Positions 1 through 12,992 of a DNA stretch of 64,000 bases are shown here, piece by piece; position 1 is the first letter of the stretch; every line of letters starts with the position of its first letter. This DNA comes from Tubiluchus corallicola. Its lineage: Eukaryota; Animalia; Priapulida. Made by a program: the position numbers and the translations under genes. The stretch covers positions 1,135-65,134 of the forward strand of contig JAQGDQ010001071.1 of the NCBI GenBank assembly GCA_030141605.1, read 5' to 3'. The notes under the pieces are model-generated. The model did no database searches. It was given only the letters and a program-made list of their open reading frames with translations, and was not told where the DNA came from.

Positions 1-85
1 TAATATAATTTCTTAAGGCGATTTTTCTAAACCTACTTCAGGTACCTCTTTTCTTATCCTTAGTACTTGCTGTACCCACAATTAA

Positions 86-430
86 CCCTTTCAGTCCCAA
101 ATTGTTTTTTAATAAGAAATTTTTTTTAAAAAGCAAAAAAGTGTGCTTCATTTTGCGACTGCTGATAATTTTTTAAAGTATTTAAGACATTTAGTATGCA
201 TGCAATGCTGTTCTATACAAAGTCGTCTCTAAAGTACTGTACCTTGCGCAGTTTTTTTATGCTACGTAGATTTTCTAGTTTGCCATTTTATCAGTATTTT
301 TAGTCTATTGTTATTGGCTTAAATCAAAATAACTATTAACAGATCAAATAACTGTCAGTTTTAAAATTTTATTAATTTTAAAGGCAGAAAAAGTTCTCGT
401 ATCCCGCGGGACACAATGGGTATGAAAGGG
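86..430. mobile_element. piggyBac-like MITE
   Basis: TTAA on both sides; TIRs ccctttcagtccca / tgggtatgaaaggg. Confidence 0.75.
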
Positions 431-821
431 TTAACACCATTGGCGTACGAATTTGGTTATGTTTTTAGTTTTTAGTGTAATACACAGTGACTGTCCTGTT
501 TATATTCCCTCTCACTAGTGTCAGTTACAAATTAACACGCACAAACTTAGATTTTTTCGAGTTCTTGTTTGTGATAAAGGCGCTTTCACACGCCTCGAGG
601 CTACTACCACTGTGCGTCTTTTTGGATCGTTGAACTCTCAGAGAGCTGCGATTTTAAGTGGAGTTTCTGTTCAAACTTGAAGCCGTGGCTTGTCACGAAA
701 TCTGAAAACATGTCAGCGCCTTGCTTGCTAAGATGTTACAGATGCTCGTCAAAGAAACAACACGCGGCTTCATTAGAGAATCCATTCCCTCTTATATGAA
801 CATTATAAAGGAAAGATGTGC

Positions 822-1306
822 TTAGAGGAAGACAGGGCGATTTTTCATAAACTATCCCATTTTCAAGTACGATAAAAATATACATTTTAACACCAGTAAT
901 ACAAGAAAGGTGTTTGTGATAATTGAATACTAAATTAAAAATTTAACTAACGAAAGGCGAACCCAACTAATTACGACATCACAAACGAACTAAAGCTTGT
1001 ACTAGAACTAAGCACGTTTTAAGATAAAATTCAAATTTAAAATTTACCGCTGTGCTCACGCATGAGCTGTCGAACGTGTGTACTACTTCGCAAAGTAACA
1101 CCTCTAAACTAAGAGGTACAGCACCTGTTTTTGTGCATTGCGTTTCCGAAATGCAGGTGCTAGTGCCCCTCTAATTAGCGAATGGCAAAACGCATGTAAA
1201 CAGCAAAGAACTAGTGGCGCGAACTGGTGGTAATAATTCTTTCACGTAAGTCATTTTTGAAGAAAAAATGGTATGTTTAATTTCAATATTTTAAAAAGTA
1301 GATTGT
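822..1306 (+). mobile_element. Dispersed non-autonomous element family A, copy 1 (3' end replaced by a minisatellite)
   Basis: Shares blocks such as ccattttcaagtacgataaaaa, catgagctgtcgaacgtgtg and ttcacgtaagtcattttt with four other copies in the window. Confidence 0.8.
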
Positions 1307-1307
1307 G

Positions 1308-1633
1308 CCCTTTGCCTGTTGTTTATGCCTTTTGCCTGATGTTTATGCCTTTTGCCTGTTGTTTATGCCTTTTGCCTGTTGTTTATGCCTTTTGCCCGTT
1401 GTTTATGCCTTTTGCCCGTTGTTTATGCCTTTTGCCTGTTGTTTATGCCTTTTGCCTGTTGTTTATGCCTTTTGTCTGTTGCTTATGACTTTTGCCTGTT
1501 GTTTATGCGTTTTACCTGTTGTTTATGACTTTCGTCTGTTGTTTATGACTTTTACCTGTTGTTTATGCCTTTTACGTGTTGTTTATGCCTTTTGCCTGTT
1601 GTTTATGCCTTTTGCCCATTGTTTATGCCTTTT
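1308..1633. repeat. 20-bp minisatellite, ~16 copies
   Basis: Unit ttttgcctgttgtttatgcc; followed by a ~90-bp direct duplication (1630-1720 / 1776-1866). Confidence 0.95.
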
Positions 1634-2459
1634 AGCGTTAGCCTCACCAAACCTGGCGAGGACATTCAACTTGGGGGTTGTACGATTATTTGTAAAGAAA
1701 TGACGGAAATTTGAAGATAAGAGGTCAAAGTTCAAGGTTGGCCGCTCTAAAGCGTCGCCTTTGTGGTCAAGAAGCTTTTAGCGTTAGCCTCACCAAACCT
1801 GGCGAGGATATTCAACTTGGGGGTTGTACGATTATTTGTAAAGAAATGGCGGAAATTTGAAGATAAACTTGATACCTTAAAGGAGGAGAAGCGATGAATC
1901 TCCGAGGTTCCTAAATTACCCTCTCTTTAGTAACCAAAACCGAAAAAGCTTGAATAAAAAGAGATACGTATTTATATGTAGACCACTGTACTTACTTGCG
2001 TTTAATAACAGCCAAAAAAGAGAAACGATTAATAGTAATTCTAACATATTTTACAATAGTTACATACCCAGTATACATTAACAACAACAGTACATTCAAC
2101 AAATAATATTAATCTGCTTAATCATCTGTGTCAATTAATCTGTATTTTATTTATTATTTATTATTATTATCACATTCAGTACAATATAATGACATTAAGC
2201 ACACAGTGACATCAAAATTATTACATCATACTGTATTAAATTGTTATGTTTCATACACTATCGTTATCATAAAAGAATAATTCTACTGCAGTGGGCTAGA
2301 GAAGCAAAGGCTTGTATAAGCCCACTGACATGTTAACCCGATAAAAAAGAATAAGTATATAAAAGCCGTATAACCGAGGGTAATGTTCTGGGTTCTCTAA
2401 GACACAGTATCTACCAATGAGTTAATTTGACAGAAAGCTTTTATAACATACGATATTCA

Positions 2460-3057
2460 TTATATTATTTAAACTTCCCAATCATTGAAGCACATAAAGA
2501 ATATTTTACTCTGCTTTTTATTTTTAAATACATTAACAACATCAGCAAACCGTTTCCAGAATATCAGATTTACCTTTTTTCCAAATCCTATCGTCAATTC
2601 CAGAACAAGCAATCTAAAACAAATTAGGACAAATACCCACTATGGAACGAACTCTGTAATCAAACAAGCAATTCTGCTTTGGAATTCTCTACAATTACAG
2701 GTTAAACAAATCAAGTCCCCATCAGCATTTTAAAACAAAATTAAAATCACTAATATTAACCAGATATGAAATACCATCACACCAGTACGACAACATACAC
2801 ACTAATTCAGAATTCATATATCCACGGCCATATTAATTAAATCATAATTTTTTCATTTTTTTGTGCATAGATAGTTGTAAATATGTTTGATTTTATTCGT
2901 CGTTACTTTCCATTACTGCACAGTAGTTCAGATTGCACTGACGCATTTGCCTTTAGCAGTGTAAGTTTTTATTAACTAACACTGATTGATCAGCTCTGTA
3001 AAGTTTTTATGAATGATTAGCAATGTATTTTAAGGGCAAATAAAGATTATATATATA
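2460..3057 (+). mobile_element. 5'-truncated LINE 3' fragment
   Basis: RTNTHYGTNSVIKQAILLWNSL...SPSAFKNKIK resembles CR1/L2 ORF2 C-termini; AATAAA at ~3039. Confidence 0.65.
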
Positions 3058-3672
3058 AAGACAGGTTAGGTACAAGATTAAAATCGCGCATGCGCCGTTA
3101 TATATGCCTTTAGAAGATCAAAACTACCTACGAATGTGGCTTCGACAAGTGTCGGAAATACTTGCAATTCCGCGACACTACATTTTCTTTCTTGTATGAA
3201 TATTGAGATGAAAGGTCAAATGTTTAATTCATATCCTCTGGCCATGGCGGGTTTGTGATTTCGTCTACACGAGCGTTTGTTTGTAGAACTTCAGTCAGAA
3301 TCAGTAATAATAACAGTAATAATAGTTAATAGCTCTTGGGTTTAGAACTGCTTTTCATTACAAAGGATGCTGTCGGCTGCAAGATTCGTTTTCGGATATG
3401 TTATTATTGTTATTATCATCGTCTACATGTACACACACGTAGAATTACACATGGGAGGCGTGAACAAGCTATAATGTAGTGTTTGCGAGAACTACAAGAG
3501 AAGGCTCAGCAATAATTAACGAACGCGCTGATGGTTATGAAATGTCATGCACGTCATTATGGAAAGGATTGTATGGCATTTAAGATTAGTCCTGCCGCGC
3601 GTAATGGACAGTAGGTTTGATGTGTTATGATCGCCGGCTCGCTTGACGCGTCTGTGTAGGGCGCGGAGTACG

Positions 3673-4080
3673 CAGAATTTGTTTTTTCAAAGGTGTACTA
3701 TCCACTTACAGCCCAAATGTGACATTGCTTAACTTACAATGACCGCTAAGGTGAGACTTAAAACTAGTGAAGGTGTTTTAGCCACGTTCATAGGTAGATG
3801 TTTTTGTCTTGAAGAATTAAAGGTAGTTCGAAGACCAAGCCACCCAGAATTTGTTTTTTCAAAGGTCTACTATCCACTTACAGCCCAGATGTGACATTGC
3901 TTAACTTACAATGACCTCTAAGATGAGACTTAAAACTAGTGAAGGTGTTTTAGCCACGTTCATAGGTAGATGTTTTTGTCTTGAAGAATTAAAGGTAGTT
4001 CGAAGACTAAGCCACCCAGAATTTGTGTTTCTCCAAAGGTCTACTATCCACTTACACCCCAGGCGTGACATTGCTTAACT
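3673..4080. repeat. 172-bp tandem repeat including a MITE terminus
   Basis: cagaatttg recurs at 3673, 3845 and 4017. Confidence 0.9.
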
Positions 4081-4453
4081 TTGTAGGCGAACACACTACA
4101 TTAAAACTCAACTATTCTCTTCTTTCTGGATGCTCAAAGGACGTGGCTTTGTAATAAGGAGCTTGTAGCTGAACGACAAGTGTTTCCTCCTCCAACAGAA
4201 TCGTCACGTATACCTGTAATGAAGCCATCGAAGGAAGGCAGTGCTTCCTGCATAACGATAAGCTTTCACTAGGCGTCTTGAAGCTACTTTCTACGTACAC
4301 GTAATAATGTTAAGCTCTACAGAGCAGGCGGCACCATCTGTCGTCAAAAAAGAAACTTCTTCAGCTTACAACTGATGACGGATAGCAGTAGTGGTCGCCT
4401 ACAAAGTCAAGCAATGTCACGCCTGAGGTGTAAGTGGATAGTAGACCCTTGGA
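4032..4453. mobile_element. MITE with ~60-bp TIRs
   Basis: ggtctactatccacttacaccccaggcgtgacattgcttaactttgtaggcga and its near-perfect reverse complement at ~4395-4453. Confidence 0.8.
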
Positions 4454-5039
4454 ATCTGACTCATAGTAGCCGTCAAAAACTTTGCTGGATTGATAAGAGC
4501 TAGTTTGTTCTAGGTGGGCTCAGATCTCTTCTGGACATCCGTAAGTTAGTTGCACATAATTGGACTGCTGGCTCGCGTAGCAACTCTATAAAGAGGTCTA
4601 TTTCGCCGTTATGCCGGTCTCGCTCATGTAATGAATTTGTAGACATTTTTTTATATTGTGACTTCACAATAGAGTTACTTTCTATTCTAAGCTGGGAGCG
4701 CAGAGACATAGTATGGCAACTATATCTATGCTTATAGACAATTATTTGAACATTTTACCTGCGAGCAAAACATACGTGCATTCGCCATCTGGACTAGCCT
4801 GTCTGCTGTGCAATTTTTGACTTTTTGTGGTGTAATTAAATACTAGAATAATGAAAAGAAATAGGAGGAGGATTGTGAACAGGTTAGAGTGAGGACGTAT
4901 TTGTTCTGCGAAAGTAGAATCCTGCGCAAACGAGGTAGTATTTCACCTTCGAACACGTGTGGTTATGAAAAAACTTGGTTTTCAGAAATAGTAGGAGGGT
5001 CACGTGGTGCTAACCTGCACCTTTGTGGTGACATGGGTA

Positions 5040-5376
5040 AAATGATTTGATGCTTTGAGATGCGGATGATAGGCGTGGACCCGCTCCCGATAGGTAAAAG
5101 GATCAGACGCATTGAGATGCGGATGATAGGCGTGAATCCGCTCCCGATAGGTAACAGGATTGACATATTGAGATGCGGATGATAGGCGTGGATCCGCTCC
5201 CGGTAGGTAACAGGATTGACGCATTGAGATGCGGATGATAGGCGTGGATCCGCTCCCGATAGGTAAAAGGATCTGACGCATTGAGATACGGATGATAGGC
5301 GTGGATCCGCTCCCGATAGGTATAAGAATTTGATGCATTGGGATGCGGAAGATCCGCGTGGATCCGCCCCCGATCA
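5040..5376. repeat. 56-57-bp minisatellite, ~6 copies
   Basis: gcattgagatgcggatgataggcgtggatccgctcccgatagg core. Confidence 0.92.
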
Positions 5377-6305
5377 TTTCACAGAAGCCAAGAATAGCGA
5401 CGCCCTTGTGTTCATATTTTGCTTAATGTGAAGCCACGTCGATAGCAGCTGTTTTCTCTGTATCAGCGACTGCTTTACATAATAGATTTCTCTGTTTTAC
5501 CCGTTGCTTGTGAAATGTGACAAAGCAGAAAACATGGCAGCGCCACGTCGGGGTGACATGACCACCAACGCGCGCCTTCTCGGTCTGCCCTCCTTGTAGA
5601 TCAAGAGGCAGACGCTTTACTCGGTTTAATATACACTCAAGGATTAGCAACGATAATTGATTGTTAATTATATTGCCATGTTTGTGTTCAGTGGGAAAAC
5701 ATTAATGTCAAAATTGAAGTAATGTCACATTTGTAATGTTGACCCTTGACCTCTCACATTTGTAATGTTGACACTTGACTTCTCGCCTTTACTGTCATGG
5801 TAACAAGCTGGTCAATAACAATGCAAAGGCTGCTGATTCTACGCTAGGGTTGTAGACCTTGACCTTGACCCTGGCCTAATTATGACTTTGACATTTGATC
5901 TTTTGTGGTCTTATCTTATTATTATTATTATAATTCTTTATTTTTCAAAACTATGTACAGAATACATTCCCTCTATTTGTAGGGATATGTTTAAAATCTC
6001 TAAAAGCATTTACAACGTATTAAACTTATTCACATATACATATAATTTAGAATCCAACGCATGAGACACATTGAACGACAACGATCATATACAATAGACA
6101 TAGTTACAAATTATAACCCAACACTACATACATACATAATAAAAGATAACGAACATATTTTAATACTTAGTAACAAAAATTTACACACATTATACACAAT
6201 GAAAAACAGCGAGTACAATTATAATAAGCATAATTACCAATTCTAATGTAAATTCACATAATCATAAATAAAAACAAAACAGCTTAATGTTCTTCTCAGA
6301 GTAAG

Positions 6306-6487
6306 AAGGCGTTAAGGCTACTAACGTGACTCGTGCCACGACAGACGACAGGTCAACTGTTTCCCAGACTCGGATGGACGTACAGACAAACGAACAGTCT
6401 GACATAGAACCGAACCCGAACCTCGACTGTAGTAACAGATCTGACCTCTCTCGCATTTCACTCTCATTCGTGCATTCTTTCGGAACG
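6306..6487 (+). CDS. Candidate additional NCKX loop exon (GVKATNVTRATTDDRS...SFVHSFGT)
   Basis: GC-richer open frame ending in phase 0 at a weak ACG/gtcgga donor, compatible with exon 8567. The acceptor is ambiguous because the best CAG (6297-6299) is followed by an in-frame TAA. Confidence 0.35.
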
Positions 6488-7195
6488 GTCGGAATTCGAA
6501 ACGTTTTTACGCTGCGCTAAACAGAATGAATGACCACCGGCGCGACCTGGCACGAAGCCAAGTTTGTTCTGCTTGGCTTCTGCCATTGCGGAACTGTGCC
6601 ACTCGTCTGTTTCTTACAAGCAGAGGACGGGCTTCCAGTTACTGTGAAACATTAAATAAACACTCCTCAATCCTCATTTGTGAGGACATGCGAACAATAT
6701 GAAAAGATGACTGTATTGTATCCATGAGCAAAAACTGAAAAGAGAGCTGTCACCTCAGAGATAGCCATGTCCACATTGGGTTCGAGAATTCATCAAATGC
6801 TGCATGTTCATTATAATGAAGCAAGTTTATTGCATTCAGGAGATTGTGCAGTGACTATAAATGGGCAAACGTGACGTCAGCAAGACGTGAGCCAACCCTA
6901 ATAAGGGTGCGTGGGTAAGGCACTAAGCGGGGGACATAATGGAGCATGTTAGTAATCCATTAAACAGTTACGTAAAACCAAATCTAGTGATTTCAGCCCT
7001 GTAATTCTTCATATTATTCGAATGAAATGACTAAACAAGCAGCAAGAGAGGTAGGATTTTCTGCTTCTGACTTTTAGAGCCCGCACTCCTTTTGCCCAAG
7101 TTTTTTTTAGTTTCTCTCGTAATTAATTAATTATTAATCTTTAGAAAATGAACCTGTATTTATTTAGCGGCAATTACAAATGTTAGCTAGACGAG

Positions 7196-7470
7196 ACCAG
7201 ACGGTTTAGTCTAGTGGTAATGCGTCTGCTTTCCGTCTGGGAGGCCGTGAGTTCGAACCAGCGGCCGGGTCATACCAAGGACTTTAGAAATGGTACCTGC
7301 TTTGCCCTGCCTGACGCGTGGTATTTAGGGTAAAAGTGGGGTAATAATAGTCTCTGTTATGTAGTTGTAGGTTGTTATTTACAGTCGGCGATAATAGTTC
7401 TTTGAGCTGTTGTTAATTGTTGACCCAAAAGCCGACTTTAAATAAAGATTATGATCATCATCATCATCAT
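7196..7470 (+). mobile_element. tRNA-derived SINE
   Basis: A box (tagtctagtgg) and B box (agttcgaacc); body gggtcataccaaggactttagaaatggtacc resembles cores of widespread metazoan SINEs; AATAAA and (CAT)n tail. Confidence 0.75.
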
Positions 7471-7672
7471 CGTCTCCGTCTCTGTCGCCTCCGACTCCGT
7501 CGCCTCCGCCTCCATCGCCTCCGCCTCCATCTCCATCGCCTCCATCTCCACCTTCATCGCCTCCATCTCCATCACCATCGCCTCCATCTCCATCACCTCC
7601 ATCTCCATCTCCATCATCTCCATCTCCATCATCTCCATCTCCATCATCTCCATCACCATCATCTCCATCATC
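7453..7672. repeat. (CAT)n / (CTCCAT)n compound microsatellite grown from a SINE tail
   Basis: Read directly. Confidence 0.92.
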
Positions 7673-7813
7673 ACGAATTGAAAAGAAAGACCTAATGGGA
7701 CTCTAGCTACAATTTTTGATCTATGATAAGCAAGAATTGTTCTATATAATGGTTTATGAACAGAAACAGTAGTAGCTAATTCCTTTAAGAAGGAAAATGC
7801 AGCAAAAAATTAA

Positions 7814-7887
7814 GAGCCAACCAGGATTTGAACCTAGAACCTTGTGATACATGTCACGTGCTTTACCACTTGAGTTAGTATTGGACC
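7814..7887 (-). pseudogene. Degenerate tRNA or tRNA-derived SINE head
   Basis: ggtccaa..taactcaagtggtaaagc..gtga-catgta-tcac..ctaggttcaaatcctgg-ttggctc; mismatched acceptor stem and 6-nt anticodon loop. Confidence 0.6.
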
Positions 7888-7923
7888 AAAATGGTGCAGT
7901 ATGTGATTCTAAGTCTGATTTTT

Positions 7924-8403
7924 TAGAGCAAAACTAGAATCAATCTTAAACTGTAGGTCAAAACAATCTATTCTTTAAAATATTGGAAGGAAACATACTA
8001 TTTTTTCGAAAAATGACTTACGTGAAATAATTATTACCACACAAACGCAATTTTACATTCGCGCCACTAGTTCTTCCCTGTTCACCATTTGCTAGTTCGA
8101 CGGGCACTAGCGTCTGCAAATAAAAAATGCATTGCACAAAAAACAGGTGATGTACCTCTCAGTTCAGATGTGCTAGTTTGTGACGAACTACACATATTCG
8201 ATAGCTCATGCGTGAGCACAGCGGTAAATTTGAAATTTGAACTTTTATTTATGAAAACTTTTGGAGTTTTAGTACAACACAGTGAATATCTTGCAGTTGC
8301 ACTGTACTTCAACGCTTTGCAGTTTTAATTATGTTAAAACGTGAAGCTTTTATCGGACGTGAAAATGTGGTAGTGTGTGAATAATCATCCTCTTTTCCTT
8401 TAA
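7924..8403 (-). mobile_element. Family A, copy 2
   Basis: Reverse-complement match to the other copies; ends in cctttaa. Confidence 0.8.
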
Positions 8404-8566
8404 TCTTGTGTATTTGGTTCACAATTTCTGTTTGTCCTTCTCTTTTTCCTTCTTTAATTACTTAGACTAGAAATTGAAGTAGGAATTTCATTCAAGTTGT
8501 CTTGATTTTATTGACTGCTATTCAATATTAATGCCACGTGTAACTGATCAACCGATTGATTTTCAG

Positions 8567-8728
8567 AGCATTGATGTAACTGGACGGATTCGGACGACGT
8601 CCATGTCATCAACCGGATCTGCCGGACGTAGAAGGATGTCCGCATTGTCGTCGTCATCAATGTCCAGTATAGATGGCACAAAAAGCATATTCCATCATCA
8701 CAAGCACGGGCAGCTGTCTAGTAATTTT
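8567..8728 (+). CDS. NCKX cytoplasmic-loop exon ([15 protein letters not shown]...[10 protein letters not shown])
   Basis: ttttcag acceptor and gtaagt donor; 162 nt, phase 0-0, open frame, GC higher than flanks. Assigned to the gene by position and phase only. Confidence 0.75.
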
Positions 8729-8961
8729 GTAAGTCTATTTATGATTTTTTGACGTCGACGCAGAAATGACAAATGCCTCCTTTTCCCCAATTCAATTTCA
8801 ATTCAATTTTATTTTCTCAATAGCCGTTAAAATTCGACATAATTATTTTTACATTTTATTGCAACTGAGAAGGAGCAGCAAAAGACCTATTGGTCACTTG
8901 GTCAGCTGCCCCTTATTAAAAATACAAGTTTACTTACAGGCTCATGACATTTTTAGGTGTT

Positions 8962-9001
<40 letters not shown>

Positions 9002-12000
9002 CAGATACATATATAAACATTATAGTAATAAAAATAGATTTGGTATTAAATTAAGTACTGAGTAGCAGAAATGTATATTTAATCTAGTCAAATATTTAAA
9101 GGGCGAAAAAATAGTAAGTGTGAAATTATTGAGAATTGAATGCGAGGTTACATTGTGAATGCGAGGTTACACTGTGAATGCGAGGTTACATTGTGAATGC
9201 GAAGTTACATTGTGAATACGAGGTTACACTGTGAATGCGAGGTTACATTGTGAATGCGAGGTTACATTGTGAATACGAGGTTACATTGTGAATGCGAGGT
9301 TACATTGTGAATGCGAGGTTACATTGTGAACGCGAGGTTACATTGTGAACGCGAGGTTACATTGTGAATGCGAGGTTACATTGTGAATGCGAGGTTACAT
9401 TGTGAATGCGAGGTTACATTGTGAATGCGAGGTTACATTGTGAATGCGAGGTTACATTGTGAATGCGAGGTTACATTGTGAATGCGAGGTTACATTGTGA
9501 ATGCGAGGTTACATTGTGAACGCGAGGTTACATTGTGAATGCGAGGTTACATTGTGAATGCGAGGTTACATTGTGAATGCGAGGTTACATTGTGAATGCG
9601 AGGTTACATTGTGAATGCGAGGTTACATTGTGAATGCCAGGTTGCATTGTGAATGCGAGGTTACATTGTGAATGGGAGGTTACATTGCGAATGCGAGGTT
9701 ACATTGCGAATGCGAGGTTACATTGCGAATGCGAGGTTACATTGCGAATGGGAGGTTGCATTGTGAATGCGAGGTTACATTGTGAATGCGAGGTTACATT
9801 GTGAATGCGAGGTTACATTGTGAATGCGACGTTACATTGTGAATGCGACGTTACATTGTGAATGCGAGGTTACATTGTGAATACGGAGGTTACATTGTGT
9901 ATAATAATAATAGTTATACTATATGCATAAATTTATGGTAAAACAGATACAGTAATGTAAAGATGCAATACGAAAAATCAATAAATATATCTCATATCAA
10001 GTGAAAGCAAGGAACAAACTAAGCTGTATCTTAGGCTGTATCATCAAATCCATTGGCATTACAATTTTTCTGCAATTATGACAAAGATTTGTTCAAATCA
10101 GACATTCCATGTTAATCAATGTTAAAGTGTGACACGTGTGTCAGCTGCTTTTGTACCTGAGATGCTTTTGGGACATTCCCGTGTGTCTATGATGCTAATG
10201 TCCTTTTGAAGTCGGTGTCGTCATTTGCCTCTCGAATGAACTCATGAAAAATCGCTAATCGATCAAACTCATTTGCGAAATTGCTTCCCGTTGCGGTTAG
10301 ATAAATGAGACAAATGGATTGTGAAAAATTGAGACAGTTCTGATTGTTTTCCTTACAGTAAACCTAGCCAGTCTAAGTACATATTGTGGATTGATGTTTC
10401 TAATTTTACCGTATTTATTCGAGTATAACGCGCAAAATTTTGTACATAAAAAAGAACACAAAGTTTGGATGCGCGTTATAGACCAGGGCTGGGGTGACGC
10501 GCTTAGGTGTATCAATATCAGAAGACTTTGTCAGACGGTGCAACGTCTAGATGTTACCTGGCCCACGGAAATCGAGCAGCTAGCCGAGAATTCACTGTAC
10601 CAGAGACGAGTGTTACAGACTGGTGTTGTTCAACAACGCACGTGTTCAACCACGTTTGTCACTTACAATGTTTGGTCTGAGCCGAGAAAAAGTGAAACAA
10701 AATTTTATACTGATTTTTAATCGAAAATTAAGGGTGCGCGTTATACTCGAATAAATGCGGTACTTAATTATGTCACAGGTATGCACTTTGCCTAACATAT
10801 CTGAAGTTAAGCATCGCTAAAGCTCGTTAGTGAATGAGCGGGTGATGGCCGACACTCGGGCTGCTTCGATCACCGTTCATTCGGAATTATACGCAGCCTT
10901 AGAGCATTAAGCCTTTCCCCATTTCGTTACATTTTTGTCATCACACGTTATTGAAGCCATTTCGTTACATTTTTGTCATCACACGTTATTGAAGCCAATG
11001 ATGCACGGCCCCCAAAATAAACAAACCGGCCGATCGTGGTAAAATGATCGCCCAAATTAGGCTACATTAATTTGAAATCAAAGATGATATACGGAATTTA
11101 TCGTAGTCACCCGTGAAGATAACAGCCGCCCTAAAATAGAAATGAGTTCCATTTTGTACGGCAGACACGATATGCATAATTATAAACACTAGATCACTTG
11201 GAAAGCCATCAGTTTAATCAGAGTATGGAGTGGTGAATGAATACGCCAGCCCTACACGAGCAAGAATGAATACGCCAGCCCTAGACGAGCAAGAATGAAT
11301 ACGCCAGCCCTAGACGAGCAAGAATGAATACGCCAGCCCTAGACGAGCAATAATGAATATGTGACCGTAAGAAGAGCAAGAATGAATATGTGACCCTAAG
11401 AGAGCAAGTTGCTCATCGCCCTTTAAGAGCGGGGTCAAAATCATATTTCGGACGTTATAGGGTTAAACAGAGCACGCCATTTCAACATTTTAACACGATT
11501 CGCAAGACTAGCCCGAAATGAAACCGATGGATAACAGCGCGGCGCAACTTTGTAATTTAACCATCTGCCGCGCGCGCGAATAAGTTGAAGTCTGTGGTCG
11601 TACAAGCCTAGAGCCGCAGTGCTAAAAATAAACAGGTTTTTATATGCATCGGCTTGCCATATCAACTGCAGTATTGAGCATCTGGATTGGAAACGACTCA
11701 AGTTGCTGAGATGTTTTCATCCGACGTCTAAATGAACAAGGTAAATATAGCAAGATCAAGCATCAAGATAAAGTAAAACAAGACCAATCTTTGTATAGGT
11801 TTGGCAAGGCAATGTCCTCTTTAACTACTTGCCTTCTCTTCCCACCACAAATTGACAGCTCTCACATTTGCTCTAAACTGACTACTAATAACTTTTTAGT
11901 AGGGGTGAGTATTCTCTACCAGAAAGCGAATCCGAATCGAATCGAATTTGTGACTCTCGAATTTGAATCGGCCCGAATTTCGAGTCGAATTCGAATTGAG

Positions 12001-12794
12001 TTTGAAAGATTTTCGAACAAGTTTTCGAACCACTAGTAACAAGTGGTCTTACAAAGATCATGTATGCTCTTGATTTTGTACTGCAGTAAAACCACTATTA
12101 ATTTGTTAAAAGTTTTGCCCAAAAACTGCAGCTAAATTATGCTAATTGCATGCTGTTTGAAACATTTTAATGATAAAGAAAGTATGTACTTAGGTTCCAA
12201 TCGAATTCGAACCTAAAAACGATTCGAACGTTCTATGCTCGCCCCTACTTTTTATATTTACTTGAAGCTTAAACAAATTTCTATAACAGTTCGTCGGTGC
12301 TTTGGATCTGCTATATACACGGACGTAACACGTTGTCATGGACGCAAAGGTTCCAGTGTTCACAGTACAGTAGTTGTCGTCAATGTCATCATCGTCATGA
12401 TCATCGCCAGCACCAGGAGAAACTGATGCCATCTTCAATTCGAACGCAAATGATTCACCGCTTTAACTACATTCGCTCTTTATCGTTAAGACGTTTGAGA
12501 CATCAAGTTGCAGCAGAGTCTATTCGATTTCTTTTCGAAAATGTCTAAAACTGAATTCAACTCGATTCGGATTCGATTGCGTTTAGCTTGACATAATCCT
12601 TTAATTGTTTGATAAGTTTTGCTTACCTTGAAGAATTTAGTTTGTTTTTTGCTTTCACTTGATGTGAGATACATTTATTGATTTTTCGTATTGCATCTTT
12701 ACATTACTGTATCTGTTTTACCATAAATTTATACATATAGTATAACTATTATTATTATTATTATTATTAATATTATTATTATTACTATTATTAC

Positions 12795-12876
<82 letters not shown>

Positions 12877-12877
12877 G

Positions 12878-12909
<32 letters not shown>

Positions 12910-12913
12910 GTTG

Positions 12914-12992
<79 letters not shown>

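Noticed and set aside
1273-1703. ORF-track proteins with periodic sequence here and at 5000, 15808, 16254, 23334, 24249, 31750-32229, 35993, 43325 and 52211
   Set aside because: They are translations of minisatellites, open in several frames, with no splice or homology support.
7417-7695. His-rich or Met/Glu-rich ORFs
   Set aside because: Microsatellite at a SINE tail.
7814-7887. Functional tRNA gene
   Set aside because: Mismatched acceptor and D stems and a 6-nt anticodon loop; treated as a pseudogene or SINE head.
12190-12548. GC-richer ORFs (e.g. [18 protein letters not shown])
   Set aside because: They lie between MITE family B pieces, have no convincing splice sites and no recognisable domain.
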